Positions 26,646-36,568 are shown, counted from the first letter of the stretch. The stretch: 64,000 nt of DNA from a candidate division FCPU426 bacterium (GCA_963738405.1 CAVTWJ010000001.1:18844-82843); one strand, 5' to 3'. Made by a program: numbers and translations. The notes: a model not told the origin generated them from the sequence alone.

Positions 26646-26891
26646 ATGGCTTCCATCAAACAACTTGTTGAACTGGATTATCCCAACGACCAGGTGACCC
26701 AACCGGTTTTGTCGGAAGTCATCAAAAAGTATGACATCACGGTTAATATTCGCCGGGCCTCCATCACCAAGGGCTTCGGCTATGTGCAGATGGAAATTGT
26801 CGGTGAGGAAAAAGAAGTCAAAAAAGCCCTGGCCCACCTGCAAAAGATGAACATCGACGTCAATCCCATCACCAAAGACATCGTCGAGTAA
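26646..26891 (+). CDS. Stand-alone NIL-domain protein
   Basis: QPVLSEVIKKYDITVNIRRASI, ferredoxin-like beta-alpha pattern; inside the sulfur cluster. Confidence 0.8.
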   Translation: MASIKQLVELDYPNDQVTQPVLSEVIKKYDITVNIRRASITKGFGYVQMEIVGEEKEVKKALAHLQKMNIDVNPITKDIVE

Positions 26892-26894
26892 CCC

Positions 26895-27596
26895 ATGCCC
26901 GAAACCTCACAAGCGAGGGCCCTTCCTGCGGAAGGGTCTCCCGAATGGTTGGATCGTTATTCCCGCCAAACCCTTTTGTCGGGGGTAGGGGTCGAGGGCC
27001 AAAAAAAATGGTCGCAATCGACGTTAAGAGTGGCTGGTGAGGGGGAAGCCCTGGAAGCCTGTTTGACGGCCCTGGCTTCTTCGGGAATAGGATATTTACA
27101 GGTCCTTACCTCGCACCCCTACGACCCTAAGCCTTTTGCTCAAGCCCACCCTCAGACAAAGGTCGTCACGCTTTCCGATTTAAACACCCATACAGACGCT
27201 GATTTAACCCTGGTGGTAACAGGCGAGGCGGATTTCAGGCGCCGTATCAGCCGACAACTGCGCACTCAAAATAAAACCGGCATCTTCGCTTGGCCCGCGG
27301 CGAGCGGCTTTGCCCTTTGGGTGGGGCTCCATACCCTGGGCCATTGCCCCTGCCTGGAATGTTTTGAAGTGCTAAATCCTAAAGCCTTTACCAGGGGAAC
27401 CCCGGTTGTTCAAAGGCTTCTGGGCCAGGCGGCGGCATCGGAGGCTCTTCTTTACCTGATCAAAGGGGAATCCCCGCTGGCCAATAAGGTTTGGATTACT
27501 TCTTTGGATGAGGGCGTTTCCCTGCATCACGAGGTGTTTCCGTCCTATAAATGCCCCGCACAGCTTGCGGATGAGGGAGCGCCCGTAACCCCATGA
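26895..27596 (+). CDS. ThiF/MoeB-like protein, degenerate
   Basis: RYSRQ...GVEGQKK and CPCLEC are present; GxGGxG and the D-x-D...SNLxRQ block are missing. Confidence 0.7.
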   Translation: MPETSQARALPAEGSPEWLDRYSRQTLLSGVGVEGQKKWSQSTLRVAGEGEALEACLTALASSGIGYLQVLTSHPYDPKPFAQAHPQTKVVTLSDLNTHTDADLTLVVTGEADFRRRISRQLRTQNKTGIFAWPAASGFALWVGLHTLGHCPCLECFEVLNPKAFTRGTPVVQRLLGQAAASEALLYLIKGESPLANKVWITSLDEGVSLHHEVFPSYKCPAQLADEGAPVTP

Positions 27597-28552
27597 TCCA
27601 CAACCGCTACCCCCTTTCCTCCAACGTCATTCAACTGATTGGCAACACGCCCCTGCTTCGGTTGCGGCGCATTCCGGACAAGAACCACGCCCAGGTTCTC
27701 TGCAAGCTGGAATCTTTCAACCCCGGGGGAAGCCTGAAGGATCGCATCGCACTGGCCATGATTGAGGACGCCGAAGCCAAGGGGAATCTGAAACCCGGCG
27801 GGACGGTGGTGGAACCCACCAGCGGCAACACAGGGATCGGCTTGGCGATGGTCTGCGCCCAGAGGGGTTACAAGTTGATACTCTGCATGCCGGAAGACAT
27901 GAGCCGGGAGAGGCGGGTGGTGCTGAAGGCCTATGGGGCGGAGCTGGTTTTAACCCCGGCTTCGGGGTTCATGGCCGCCGCAGTGGAGAAAGCCAAGAAA
28001 ATTTTGGCCGAACATCCCGAATACTTCATGCCGGGGCAGTTTTCCAACAGGGCCAACCCCGAGGCCCATATCAAAACCACGGCACCTGAGATCGACCGGG
28101 ATACCGCCGGGCAGTTGGACGCCTTCGTGGCGGGTATTGGCACGGGCGGCACCATTACGGGTGTGGGTGAATATTTCAAAGGGAAGGGTTCTAAGGTTCA
28201 AATCATCGGGGTGGAGCCCGCCTCTTCGGCGGTGCTTTCCGGCGGGAAGCCGGGGACCCACCGTATTCAAGGAATCGGGGCGGGGTTTATACCGCCCGTA
28301 TTGAACCGGGCGGTGATGGATGAAGTATTAACCGTGGATGATCGAAACGCCTATCTCATGACCAAACGCCTCGCTAGGGAAGAGGGTCTTCTCCTTGGAA
28401 TTTCTTCCGGTGCCAACGTGGTAGCGGCCCTGCGGGTGGCCCAAAGGATGGGGCCGGAGGCCAGGGTGGTGACCATTTGCTGCGATATGGGGGAAAGATA
28501 TTTCAGTTTGGATGAGGAATTTAAGGGCGAGACGACTTCAGACAGCATTTGA
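27593..28552 (+). CDS. cysK: Cysteine synthase A
   Basis: IGNTPL, NPGGSLKDRIA, EPTSGNTGIGLA, GTGGT, HRIQGIGAGF, GISSGA. Confidence 0.95.
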   Translation: MIHNRYPLSSNVIQLIGNTPLLRLRRIPDKNHAQVLCKLESFNPGGSLKDRIALAMIEDAEAKGNLKPGGTVVEPTSGNTGIGLAMVCAQRGYKLILCMPEDMSRERRVVLKAYGAELVLTPASGFMAAAVEKAKKILAEHPEYFMPGQFSNRANPEAHIKTTAPEIDRDTAGQLDAFVAGIGTGGTITGVGEYFKGKGSKVQIIGVEPASSAVLSGGKPGTHRIQGIGAGFIPPVLNRAVMDEVLTVDDRNAYLMTKRLAREEGLLLGISSGANVVAALRVAQRMGPEARVVTICCDMGERYFSLDEEFKGETTSDSI

Positions 28553-28556
28553 GCGG

Positions 28557-29627
28557 TTAATCTTTTCCCGCGCTGCTAAAAAGAAGTAGAAGATCTGGCA
28601 CTTCGTAAGCCTGGGTCACCTGCTCGGTTCCCAACCGGCAAACCCAGGAGCCGGGTTTCAATTGACCCATGGCTTTGAGTTGGCCGAGGGTAAAGGGGCC
28701 TTCCCAAGCATCGTTTTGGAACACCATGAAGGCCGCGCCGGTATCGAAAATCTCGAAAATCGGCGAAAGCTTGAGAATGTCCAGATCCCCGCCTTCATCA
28801 GGCGCCAAGATGGATATTTCTTCCACGGGGTCATCCAAATGAGCCGCTTTTTTGGATTCTCCGGCAGAGGTTGAGTGCGGGGTCGTTTTATCAGCCGGTT
28901 TGGCGGCGGAGGGAACTTGGCCTTTTTCCTGCCCGGAAGGCTGGGCTGTCTTTTCCTTCGCCGTCGAATCTTTAGGGGCCTCCGCCTTTTCCTGCTTTAA
29001 GGGCTCGGTAACGGCCGCCTTTTCCTTTGTGGCTGAGGGGAATATCTTTTTCTCTTCTTCTTTTAAACGGGCAATTTCTTCCTTCAACTGCTTGACCTTC
29101 ATGGTATCCGGCACGGGCTTCGCCATTTCATTCTCAAATTCAATGCGTTTGACGTGCAGGGGGTAGGATTTTCGAAGGATCTTGAAGCATTTTTTTAATT
29201 CGGGATCGGCGGTGTTGGACTGCAGGGTCAAGAGATTCAAGGCGATCGAGTAGGCCAGTTCTATGTTGTCGGATTTGTGATCGGGGTTGCTGGCCACATA
29301 TTGATTGAAGTGCTTAATGGCGTTGAGATAGATCTGATAGGCCTTCTTGGGGTCTTTGTCTTCCTGATAATACTTGCCCACCAGGTAATGGCATTGCAGG
29401 TCGAAGTTGTTCACGTGGTCGAGAGTTTCAAAGAGCCGCAAGGCCTCGGCCATGTGATCTTCGTTGATATCTTGGTTCGTAAAACGGTTTAACAGACAGA
29501 ATTTGATGAATTGGGTTCTGAGGCCGTGATCCCGCGGATTTTCAGCCTGGGCTTTTTTGAACTTTTTGTATTCGCTCGTATAGGTATCGGTTTTTCCGAA
29601 GATGGAAGAAAAGGGATTAAGACCCAT
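28557..29627 (-). CDS. TPR-like helical protein with low-complexity linker and C-terminal GYF_2 (DUF4339)-like domain
   Basis: HYLVGKYY...AYQIYLNAI helical repeat; EGPFTLGQLK...SWVCRLG...AYEVPDL. Confidence 0.7.
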   Translation of the reverse strand: MGLNPFSSIFGKTDTYTSEYKKFKKAQAENPRDHGLRTQFIKFCLLNRFTNQDINEDHMAEALRLFETLDHVNNFDLQCHYLVGKYYQEDKDPKKAYQIYLNAIKHFNQYVASNPDHKSDNIELAYSIALNLLTLQSNTADPELKKCFKILRKSYPLHVKRIEFENEMAKPVPDTMKVKQLKEEIARLKEEEKKIFPSATKEKAAVTEPLKQEKAEAPKDSTAKEKTAQPSGQEKGQVPSAAKPADKTTPHSTSAGESKKAAHLDDPVEEISILAPDEGGDLDILKLSPIFEIFDTGAAFMVFQNDAWEGPFTLGQLKAMGQLKPGSWVCRLGTEQVTQAYEVPDLLLLFSSAGKD

Positions 29628-29696
29628 AGGCTCCTGCTTTTATATGAATAGAGGACGTGAAAATGAGAAGACTCCTAAAATGACAAGGGCTTGTGG

Positions 29697-30233
29697 CTAA
29701 AACCATTTCCAGGGTTTTACCAACCGCTCAAAAAAGCCAATCTTTTTAGGGGTTTGGAAAGTCAGGGGTACACCAGTACTTTCGGCCGGGGTGGGTTCTG
29801 GAAGGGAGGTTCCTGAGGCGGGGCTATCAAGGCCCTTGGCGGGTTTGGCTTTATCCGAGGTTTTGCCCGCGAGGGATCTACCGTAGCCTTTGGACACGGC
29901 CTGATCCACGTCTTGAAAGGATTTTAAAATGGTATTGAATTCCAGGAGTTCGAAAACTTCCGTTACCTCAGAGCCCATCCCCGTGAGAAACAGATTTCCC
30001 TTTTGACCCCTGATGCGCTTGAGTTCGCCGATAAAAATACCCCAGCCCGCGCTGCTGATGTAGGAGACATCCTTCAGGTCGACGATAAGGTTGTACCGAT
30101 TTTCACCTAAAACCGTTTGGAAAACTTTTTCAAATTCCGGCGCGGTCGTAGTGTCGATGAAACCTTTGGCGGAGATCACCGTGATGTCTTTGTGCAGGTG
30201 GTGGCCAGAAGCGGAAACGGTAATATTTGGCAT
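29697..30233 (-). CDS. STAS-domain anti-sigma-factor antagonist with C-terminal extension
   Basis: GFIDTTTAP, VDLKDVSYISSAGWG, VFELL. Confidence 0.9.
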   Translation of the reverse strand: MPNITVSASGHHLHKDITVISAKGFIDTTTAPEFEKVFQTVLGENRYNLIVDLKDVSYISSAGWGIFIGELKRIRGQKGNLFLTGMGSEVTEVFELLEFNTILKSFQDVDQAVSKGYGRSLAGKTSDKAKPAKGLDSPASGTSLPEPTPAESTGVPLTFQTPKKIGFFERLVKPWKWF

Positions 30234-30496
30234 ATTTCCTCAAAAAATATTTGCGAGATGGCCGTATTATGGACTTGTTTTAACGTTTCTTTCAAGCCCC
30301 GCAATAAATACATCAGGAAAGTTTCCTAAATTGAATTGAAAGGGCTACCCAAGGGCAAAAATTATTCCGGACTGATATTGTTAAGTTTAATTTTCGTTTT
30401 AAATTCAGAATAACCCTCCTGCTCTTTAGGTAAACGGTTTATTTTGACCGTGGCAAGGGCCTTTTCATCGGATAAAATTCCTACACTTTTTAATTC

Positions 30497-31453
30497 ATGG
30501 AAACAAACGATCAACCACTCATACTTTTAACCGGCGCCACGGGCTACGTGGGGGGCAGGCTGTTGCCCCTGCTCCTGGAAAAGGGTTATGCCCTTAGGTG
30601 CCTGGCTCGAAAGCCCGAATACTTACAATCGAAGTCCCCGGCGGGAGTGGAGGTTGTGGCGGGAGACCTACTCCAGAAAGAAACAATTCTCAAAGCCCTG
30701 CAGGGGGTCCATACGGCCTATTATTTGGTCCCTTCGATGGCTTCCTCCCCAAGATTTCATGAAACCGACCGTATCGCGGCCAAAAATTTCGCCGAGGCCG
30801 CCAGACGGACCCATGTCAAAAAGATCGTTTATCTTGGGGGCCTTTGCGAAACGTCCAAGGGTTCCCGGCTCATGGAAAGCCGGGAAGAGGTGGGGAAAAT
30901 TCTTCGCTCTTGCGGTGTGCCGACGATTGAGTTCCAGGCTTCCATCATTATCGGAAAGGGCAGTTTTCCCTTCGAAATCATCCGATCACTGGTAGATCGA
31001 CATCCGGTCATGTTAACCCCTCGATGGATCAGGACGGCCTGTCAGCCCATTGCCATCGATGATGCGCTGGCCTTCCTAACCTCCGCCCTGGATAAACCCT
31101 ATCTGGAAAGCCAGGTGTTTCATATTGGCGGGGGCGAAAGGACTTCCGTGGGAGGCCTGATGAGGGAATATGCCCGGCAAAAGGGAAAATGGAGGGTCAT
31201 GATCCCATTTCCCTTATTGGCCCCCCGTCTTTCCAGCCTTTGGCTGGGTCTGGTAACGCCCCTTCGCGCGGAGGCGGGACGGCAACTGGCCGAGAGTCTG
31301 CGCAAGCCATCGGTGGTGAATGACTCGACCGCCTTGAAAATATTTCCGGTCAAACCCTTGGGCGTTTCGGAAATGGTTTCCCGTGCCATCCGCGATGAAG
31401 ATGGGAAATCGGCCATGACCTTTGAGCTCGACGCCTCTATCCCTCAAAAGTAA
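30497..31453 (+). CDS. Atypical SDR / NAD(P)H-binding protein (YbjT-like, no DUF2867 tail)
   Basis: LTGATGYVGGRL, AYYLV, IVYLGG, QPIAIDD, LWLGLVTP. Confidence 0.88.
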   Translation: METNDQPLILLTGATGYVGGRLLPLLLEKGYALRCLARKPEYLQSKSPAGVEVVAGDLLQKETILKALQGVHTAYYLVPSMASSPRFHETDRIAAKNFAEAARRTHVKKIVYLGGLCETSKGSRLMESREEVGKILRSCGVPTIEFQASIIIGKGSFPFEIIRSLVDRHPVMLTPRWIRTACQPIAIDDALAFLTSALDKPYLESQVFHIGGGERTSVGGLMREYARQKGKWRVMIPFPLLAPRLSSLWLGLVTPLRAEAGRQLAESLRKPSVVNDSTALKIFPVKPLGVSEMVSRAIRDEDGKSAMTFELDASIPQK

Positions 31454-31508
31454 AACCGCCTACACGCCCGCTTTTTCGATCCTCCAAATTCATTTGCCTC
31501 CTTTTCAA

Positions 31509-31524
31509 TGTGACGAGGGTCATA
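31509..31524 (+). promoter_or_regulatory. Putative CRP/FNR-family binding site upstream of PFOR
   Basis: TGTGA-CGAGGG-TCATA versus consensus TGTGA-N6-TCACA. Confidence 0.5.
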
Positions 31525-31599
31525 ACGAAAGTCCTTTTTTACAACCAAAATATCACCATTAAAGACCCCTTGCTGACCCCACCTTTTAAGGAGACTCAA

Positions 31600-34500
31600 A
31601 TGAGTGATTCACTGTTCGCGACCATGGACGGAAATGAAGCGGTAGCCCACGTAGCCTACCGGCTGAATGAAGTCATTTCGATTTATCCGATCACGCCTTC
31701 ATCCCCCATGGCCGAATATTGCGATGAGTGGGCCGCCGCGGGACGGCTGAACCTTTGGGGCGTGATCCCGACGATTGTGGAGCTTCAATCCGAGGGTGGA
31801 GCCGCGGGAACCGCGCACGGAGCCCTTCAAGCCGGCACCTTCACGACCACATTTACAGCCTCCCAGGGCCTGCTTCTCATGATTCCCAATATGTTCAAAA
31901 TCGCGGGGGAATTGACCCCCGCGGTTTTTCACGTCTCGGCCCGGGCACTGGCCTACCACGCCCTTTCTATTTTTGGCGACCATAGCGACGTGATGGCTTG
32001 CCGCACCACCGGTTTCGGAATGCTGGCCTCCAACTCCGGGCAGGAAGCCATGGATTTGGCCTTGATCTCCCAAGCCGTCACCTTGGAATCCAGGGTGCCA
32101 TTTCTTCACTTCTTTGACGGGTTCCGTACTTCTCACGAAGTTTCCAAGGTTAAGTTGATCGAGGACGAGGTTTTGCGCGAAATGGTCCCTCCCGAATTGA
32201 CAGCGCAAGCCCGCGGCCGTGCCCTGACGCCCGACCACCCGGTTTTAAGAGGCACCGCCCAAAATCCGGACGTCTATTTCCAAGGCCGTGAAAAGGCCAA
32301 TCCCTATTACCAGGCGGTCCCGGAAATCACCCAAAAGGCCATGGACAAATTCGCCAAACTGACGGGCCGAGCTTACAAAATCTTTGACTACTACGGCGAT
32401 CCCAACGCGGAAAGAATCATCATCATGATGGGATCGGGCGCGGAAGCGGCTGAGGAGACGGTGGACTATCTTTCAGCCAAGGGTGAAAAGGTGGGCCTGT
32501 TGAAAATCCGTTTATATAGGCCTTTTGACGCCCAAGCCTTTGTTTCGGCCATACCTTCCACGGTCAAGAGTGTCGCGGTGTTGGACCGCACCAAGGAATC
32601 TGGAAGCCTGGGTGAACCCCTTTATTTAGACGTGGTGACTGCGTTATGCGAAACGGTGATGGCTGGGAAAGCCTCATTTAAATTCATGCCCCGTGTTATC
32701 GGGGGTCGGTACGGTCTTTCCTCCAAGGAGTTCACACCAGCCATGGTGATTGCCCTCTATAACCACTTAAAGGAAGCTGGCCTTAAAAACCATTTCACCC
32801 TGGGTATCAACGACGACGTGACCCATACCAGTCTCCCTTACGATGAGAACCTTTCCATCGAGCCTGCCGAGGTCAAGAGGGGTCTCTTTTTCGGTCTGGG
32901 TTCGGACGGAACGGTAGGCGCCAATAAGAACACCATCAAGATCATTGGGGAAAACACCGATTTCTGGACCCAGGGCTATTTCGTTTACGATTCGAAGAAG
33001 TCCGGCTCCATGACTACCTCCCATTTGCGTTTCGGACCCAAACCGATCCGTTCCACTTACCTCATCAACCGGGCCGATTTTGTGGCCTGCCACCAGCCCG
33101 CCTTCCTCAACCGCATGGATATGTTGAAGGACTTAATGGAAGGGGGGACTTTCCTTCTTAACAGCCAGCATCCCGTTGGGGAGGTATGGGACAACCTTCC
33201 CCAGAAGGTACAGGAGCATCTATTGACCAAGAAGGCAAAGCTTTACGTCGTTGATGCCTATGCGGTCGCCAAAAAGGCCGGGATGGGAAACCGGATCAAC
33301 ACCATCATGCAGGTTTGTTATTTCGCCCTATCGGGGGTTTTGCCCAGGGAAGAGGCCATCGCGGCGATCAAAAAATCCATCGTCAAAACCTACAAGAGGA
33401 AGGGCGATAAGATCGTCCAAGCCAACCTGGAGGCCGTGGACACCACCCTGGCCAATCTTCACGAGGTATCTATTTCGGGTAAAAAGGCGGGGATTACGCC
33501 CTTTAGAAAGGCGGTGCCGGACAAGGCTCCCGATTTCGTGCGAAACGTGCTGGCTGCCATCATTCGGGGGGAAGGCGACAGCCTGCCCGTGTCGGCTTTT
33601 CCAGAGGATGGAACCTATCCCACGGCCACAGCTTTGTTTGAGAAGCGGGACATTGCCCAGGAAATTCCGGTTTGGAACGAGGATCTCTGTATTCAATGCG
33701 GTAAATGCGTCGTGGTCTGCCCCCACGCGGTCATCCGCCCTAAGGTTTATGAACCTTCGCTTCTTTCCTCGGCACCCCAAGGCTTCAAAACGGCCATCGC
33801 AAAGCACCGTGACTGGAAGGGCATGAATTACACCCTACAAGTGGCGCCCGAAGACTGCACGGGTTGCGGGCTTTGTGTGGAAGCCTGCCCGGTGAAAAGC
33901 AAAACCGAGTCTAACTTGAAAGCCATTAATATGAAGCCCCAGCCGGCCATTGTTGAAAGCGAGATGAAGAATTGGGAATTCTTCCTTGGCTTGCCAGAGG
34001 CGGACCGTACCAAGATCAACCTGGGGATGATCAGTCAGCAGCAATTGCAGCAACCGCTCTTTGAGTTCTCCGGGGCTTGCGCGGGTTGCGGCGAGACACC
34101 TTATGTCAAAATGGTCTCCCAGCTTTTTGGGGACCACATGCTGGTGGCCAATGCCACCGGATGCTCTTCCATTTACGGCGGCAATCTACCCACGACTCCT
34201 TGGGCCAAGAACGCGCAAGGGCGGGGGCCCTCCTGGTCCAACTCCCTTTTCGAGGATAACGCCGAATTCGGCTTAGGCTTTAGGGTTTCCCTAGACCATC
34301 AGATCAAGACCGCCGAGTCCCTTTTAAAGCGCCTGGAAAATGAGGTGGGGAAGGATTTAATGGATTCCATCCTAACCGCTTCGCAGAAAACCGACGCGGA
34401 GATCAACGCCCAGAGGGGGCGGGTGGTTCAATTGAAGGAAAAGCTGAAGGGCTCATCCAAGTATGAAGCAAAGGAACTATTGAATCTCGCGGACTGTTTG

Positions 34501-35220
34501 GTGAAAAAATCTGTCTGGATCATGGGCGGGGACGGATGGGCTTACGACATTGGTTATGGCGGACTCGACCACGTGCTTTCTACCGGGCGCAACGTCAATA
34601 TCCTGGTGTTGGATACCGAAGTTTATTCCAACACGGGGGGCCAGGCATCTAAATCAACCCCGAAAGGCGCGGTGGCCAAGTTCGCCGCCGCGGGAAAGGC
34701 CCAAGGCAAGAAAGATTTAGGGCTTATGGCGATGACTTACGGCAATGTTTACGTGGCCCGAGTGGCATTGGGAGCCAATGACGGCCAGGTGTTGAAGGCC
34801 CTTCAAGAAGCGGAAGCTTACGATGGGCCCTCCATCGTCATCGCCTATTCCCATTGCATCGCCCATGGTTACGATCTGATCAACGGCCTGAAACAGCAAA
34901 AATCCGCGGTGGATTCGGGGCAATGGGTGCTTTACCGCTATCATCCCGACCGCCTGAAAGCCGGGGAAAACCCCCTGACCGTTGATTCGGGCGCATTGAA
35001 GATGTCGGTTCAGGATTATGAAATGCAGGAAAACCGATTCAAGATGCTCACCATGAGCAAGCCCGAAGAGGCGAAGAAATATTTTGAGCAAGCCCAGACC
35101 GAAGCTGAGTACCGCTGGAATTACTACCAGTACCTTTCGAAGCTAGATCCCAAGACATTCACGGCGGGGTTAGCGGCTGTAGCTCATGCCGCACCGCCTC
35201 CAGCCGTTCCAAAGGCTTAG
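31600..35220 (+). CDS. nifJ: Pyruvate:ferredoxin/flavodoxin oxidoreductase (homodimeric)
   Basis: YPITPSSPM, QSEGGAAG, CIQCGKCVVVCP, CTGCGLCVEACP, GACAGCGE, GGDGWAYDIG; AAGGAG RBS. Confidence 0.98.
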   Translation: MSDSLFATMDGNEAVAHVAYRLNEVISIYPITPSSPMAEYCDEWAAAGRLNLWGVIPTIVELQSEGGAAGTAHGALQAGTFTTTFTASQGLLLMIPNMFKIAGELTPAVFHVSARALAYHALSIFGDHSDVMACRTTGFGMLASNSGQEAMDLALISQAVTLESRVPFLHFFDGFRTSHEVSKVKLIEDEVLREMVPPELTAQARGRALTPDHPVLRGTAQNPDVYFQGREKANPYYQAVPEITQKAMDKFAKLTGRAYKIFDYYGDPNAERIIIMMGSGAEAAEETVDYLSAKGEKVGLLKIRLYRPFDAQAFVSAIPSTVKSVAVLDRTKESGSLGEPLYLDVVTALCETVMAGKASFKFMPRVIGGRYGLSSKEFTPAMVIALYNHLKEAGLKNHFTLGINDDVTHTSLPYDENLSIEPAEVKRGLFFGLGSDGTVGANKNTIKIIGENTDFWTQGYFVYDSKKSGSMTTSHLRFGPKPIRSTYLINRADFVACHQPAFLNRMDMLKDLMEGGTFLLNSQHPVGEVWDNLPQKVQEHLLTKKAKLYVVDAYAVAKKAGMGNRINTIMQVCYFALSGVLPREEAIAAIKKSIVKTYKRKGDKIVQANLEAVDTTLANLHEVSISGKKAGITPFRKAVPDKAPDFVRNVLAAIIRGEGDSLPVSAFPEDGTYPTATALFEKRDIAQEIPVWNEDLCIQCGKCVVVCPHAVIRPKVYEPSLLSSAPQGFKTAIAKHRDWKGMNYTLQVAPEDCTGCGLCVEACPVKSKTESNLKAINMKPQPAIVESEMKNWEFFLGLPEADRTKINLGMISQQQLQQPLFEFSGACAGCGETPYVKMVSQLFGDHMLVANATGCSSIYGGNLPTTPWAKNAQGRGPSWSNSLFEDNAEFGLGFRVSLDHQIKTAESLLKRLENEVGKDLMDSILTASQKTDAEINAQRGRVVQLKEKLKGSSKYEAKELLNLADCLVKKSVWIMGGDGWAYDIGYGGLDHVLSTGRNVNILVLDTEVYSNTGGQASKSTPKGAVAKFAAAGKAQGKKDLGLMAMTYGNVYVARVALGANDGQVLKALQEAEAYDGPSIVIAYSHCIAHGYDLINGLKQQKSAVDSGQWVLYRYHPDRLKAGENPLTVDSGALKMSVQDYEMQENRFKMLTMSKPEEAKKYFEQAQTEAEYRWNYYQYLSKLDPKTFTAGLAAVAHAAPPPAVPKA

Positions 35221-35316
35221 TTTTTCGGGCGGCCCCAACCGCGCACGAAAATACCAGGCGTCCGGGTGGGGCCGGGCGCCGTTCATCCCAGGGGAGAAGA
35301 ACCATAAGGAGCCGAA

Positions 35317-36360
35317 ATGGTTGACCTCAGCACGAGCTACATGGGATTAAAACTTAAAAACCCCCTGGTGCCTTCCTCAAGCCCCGTATCAAAAGACCTG
35401 GATTCGTTGAAGCGCATTGAGGACGCCGGGGCGGGGGCGGTCGTGCTTTATTCCCTCTTTGAAGAACAGATCTTCGTTGAGCAGTACGGCCTGCAAAATG
35501 ACTTAAATCGGGGCGTGGATAGTTTTCCGGAGGCTTTGAGCTATTTTCCCGAACCAGAGAACCTGGACCTCGCCAGCGAAAAGTATTACCAGCTCATCCA
35601 AAGGGGTAAGCGGGCGCTGGATATTCCCATTATCGCCAGCTTGAACGGAACATCTTTGGGGGGCTGGACCGACTGCTCCAAGAATATCGAGCAGGCGGGC
35701 GCGGACGGACTGGAACTAAACCTCTATAACATTCCTACGGATTTCAATACTCCGGGCGTGGTATTCGAGGAGCGTAATTACGAAATTTTCCGCTTGGTCA
35801 AGAACGCCGTCCATATTCCAGTAGCTGTAAAACTTTCAGCCTATTACACCAATACGGCTTATACAGCCCGTAAGTTTTCGGAAGCCGGGGCAAGCGCTTT
35901 GGTTCTCTTCAACCGTTTTTATCAGCCGGATTTCGACATTGAGAACAAGCTCGTCGCTCCCACTGCGGTTTTGTCCGGACCCCAAGATCTGCGGTTGTGC
36001 CTGACCTGGATCGCGATTCTAAAGGGAAGGTTGAAGTGCGGGTTGGCCGCCACGGGGGGCGTCCTGCACGCGGTTGATGTGCTGAAGGTGATGATGGCCG
36101 GGGCGGATGTGGCCCAGCTTTGTTCGACTCTCCTTCGAAATGGTATTCCTTATATCACCAGCCTCAAGCGCAACATCGAAGTCTGGATGGAAGAAAATGA
36201 ATACCAGTCGATCCAAGAGATGAAGGGAAGCATGAGCCAGGAACATTGCGACGATCCATCAGCCTTCGAGCGGGCCCATTATCTGCGTACCCTCGCGGGG
36301 TACAAAGACAGCCTGGACGGTTACCAGGCCATGGATAAAAACGAGCCTTGGCCCGTTTAA
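35317..36360 (+). CDS. Dihydroorotate-dehydrogenase-like flavoprotein (PFOR-associated type)
   Basis: LKNPLV, SLFEEQI, IIASLNG, PVAVKLS, LFNRFYQPD, ATGGV, FERAHY. Confidence 0.9.
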   Translation: MVDLSTSYMGLKLKNPLVPSSSPVSKDLDSLKRIEDAGAGAVVLYSLFEEQIFVEQYGLQNDLNRGVDSFPEALSYFPEPENLDLASEKYYQLIQRGKRALDIPIIASLNGTSLGGWTDCSKNIEQAGADGLELNLYNIPTDFNTPGVVFEERNYEIFRLVKNAVHIPVAVKLSAYYTNTAYTARKFSEAGASALVLFNRFYQPDFDIENKLVAPTAVLSGPQDLRLCLTWIAILKGRLKCGLAATGGVLHAVDVLKVMMAGADVAQLCSTLLRNGIPYITSLKRNIEVWMEENEYQSIQEMKGSMSQEHCDDPSAFERAHYLRTLAGYKDSLDGYQAMDKNEPWPV

Positions 36361-36568
36361 AAGGATCCGCAAGGGCCGATTGAGAATTCCGATGTGTAAT
36401 CTTTACTCAACTCCGGAAAATATTTTCTTAAAACCCAATGAATTAGAAATTGAGCCGATGCGCTCAATTTTATTTTTGGGGGTTTGGCGTTGTGGTTTCA
36501 TAAGAAGATTTATAATGGAACCGGAAAAGGGATAGAGCCTCAATCGAATCCCTTCCTGGGGAGGCGCC

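Noticed and set aside
30497-31453. Pseudogene of YbjT (missing DUF2867)
   Set aside because: The Rossmann domain is intact with a clean stop and no downstream remnant is evident; treated as a short family member
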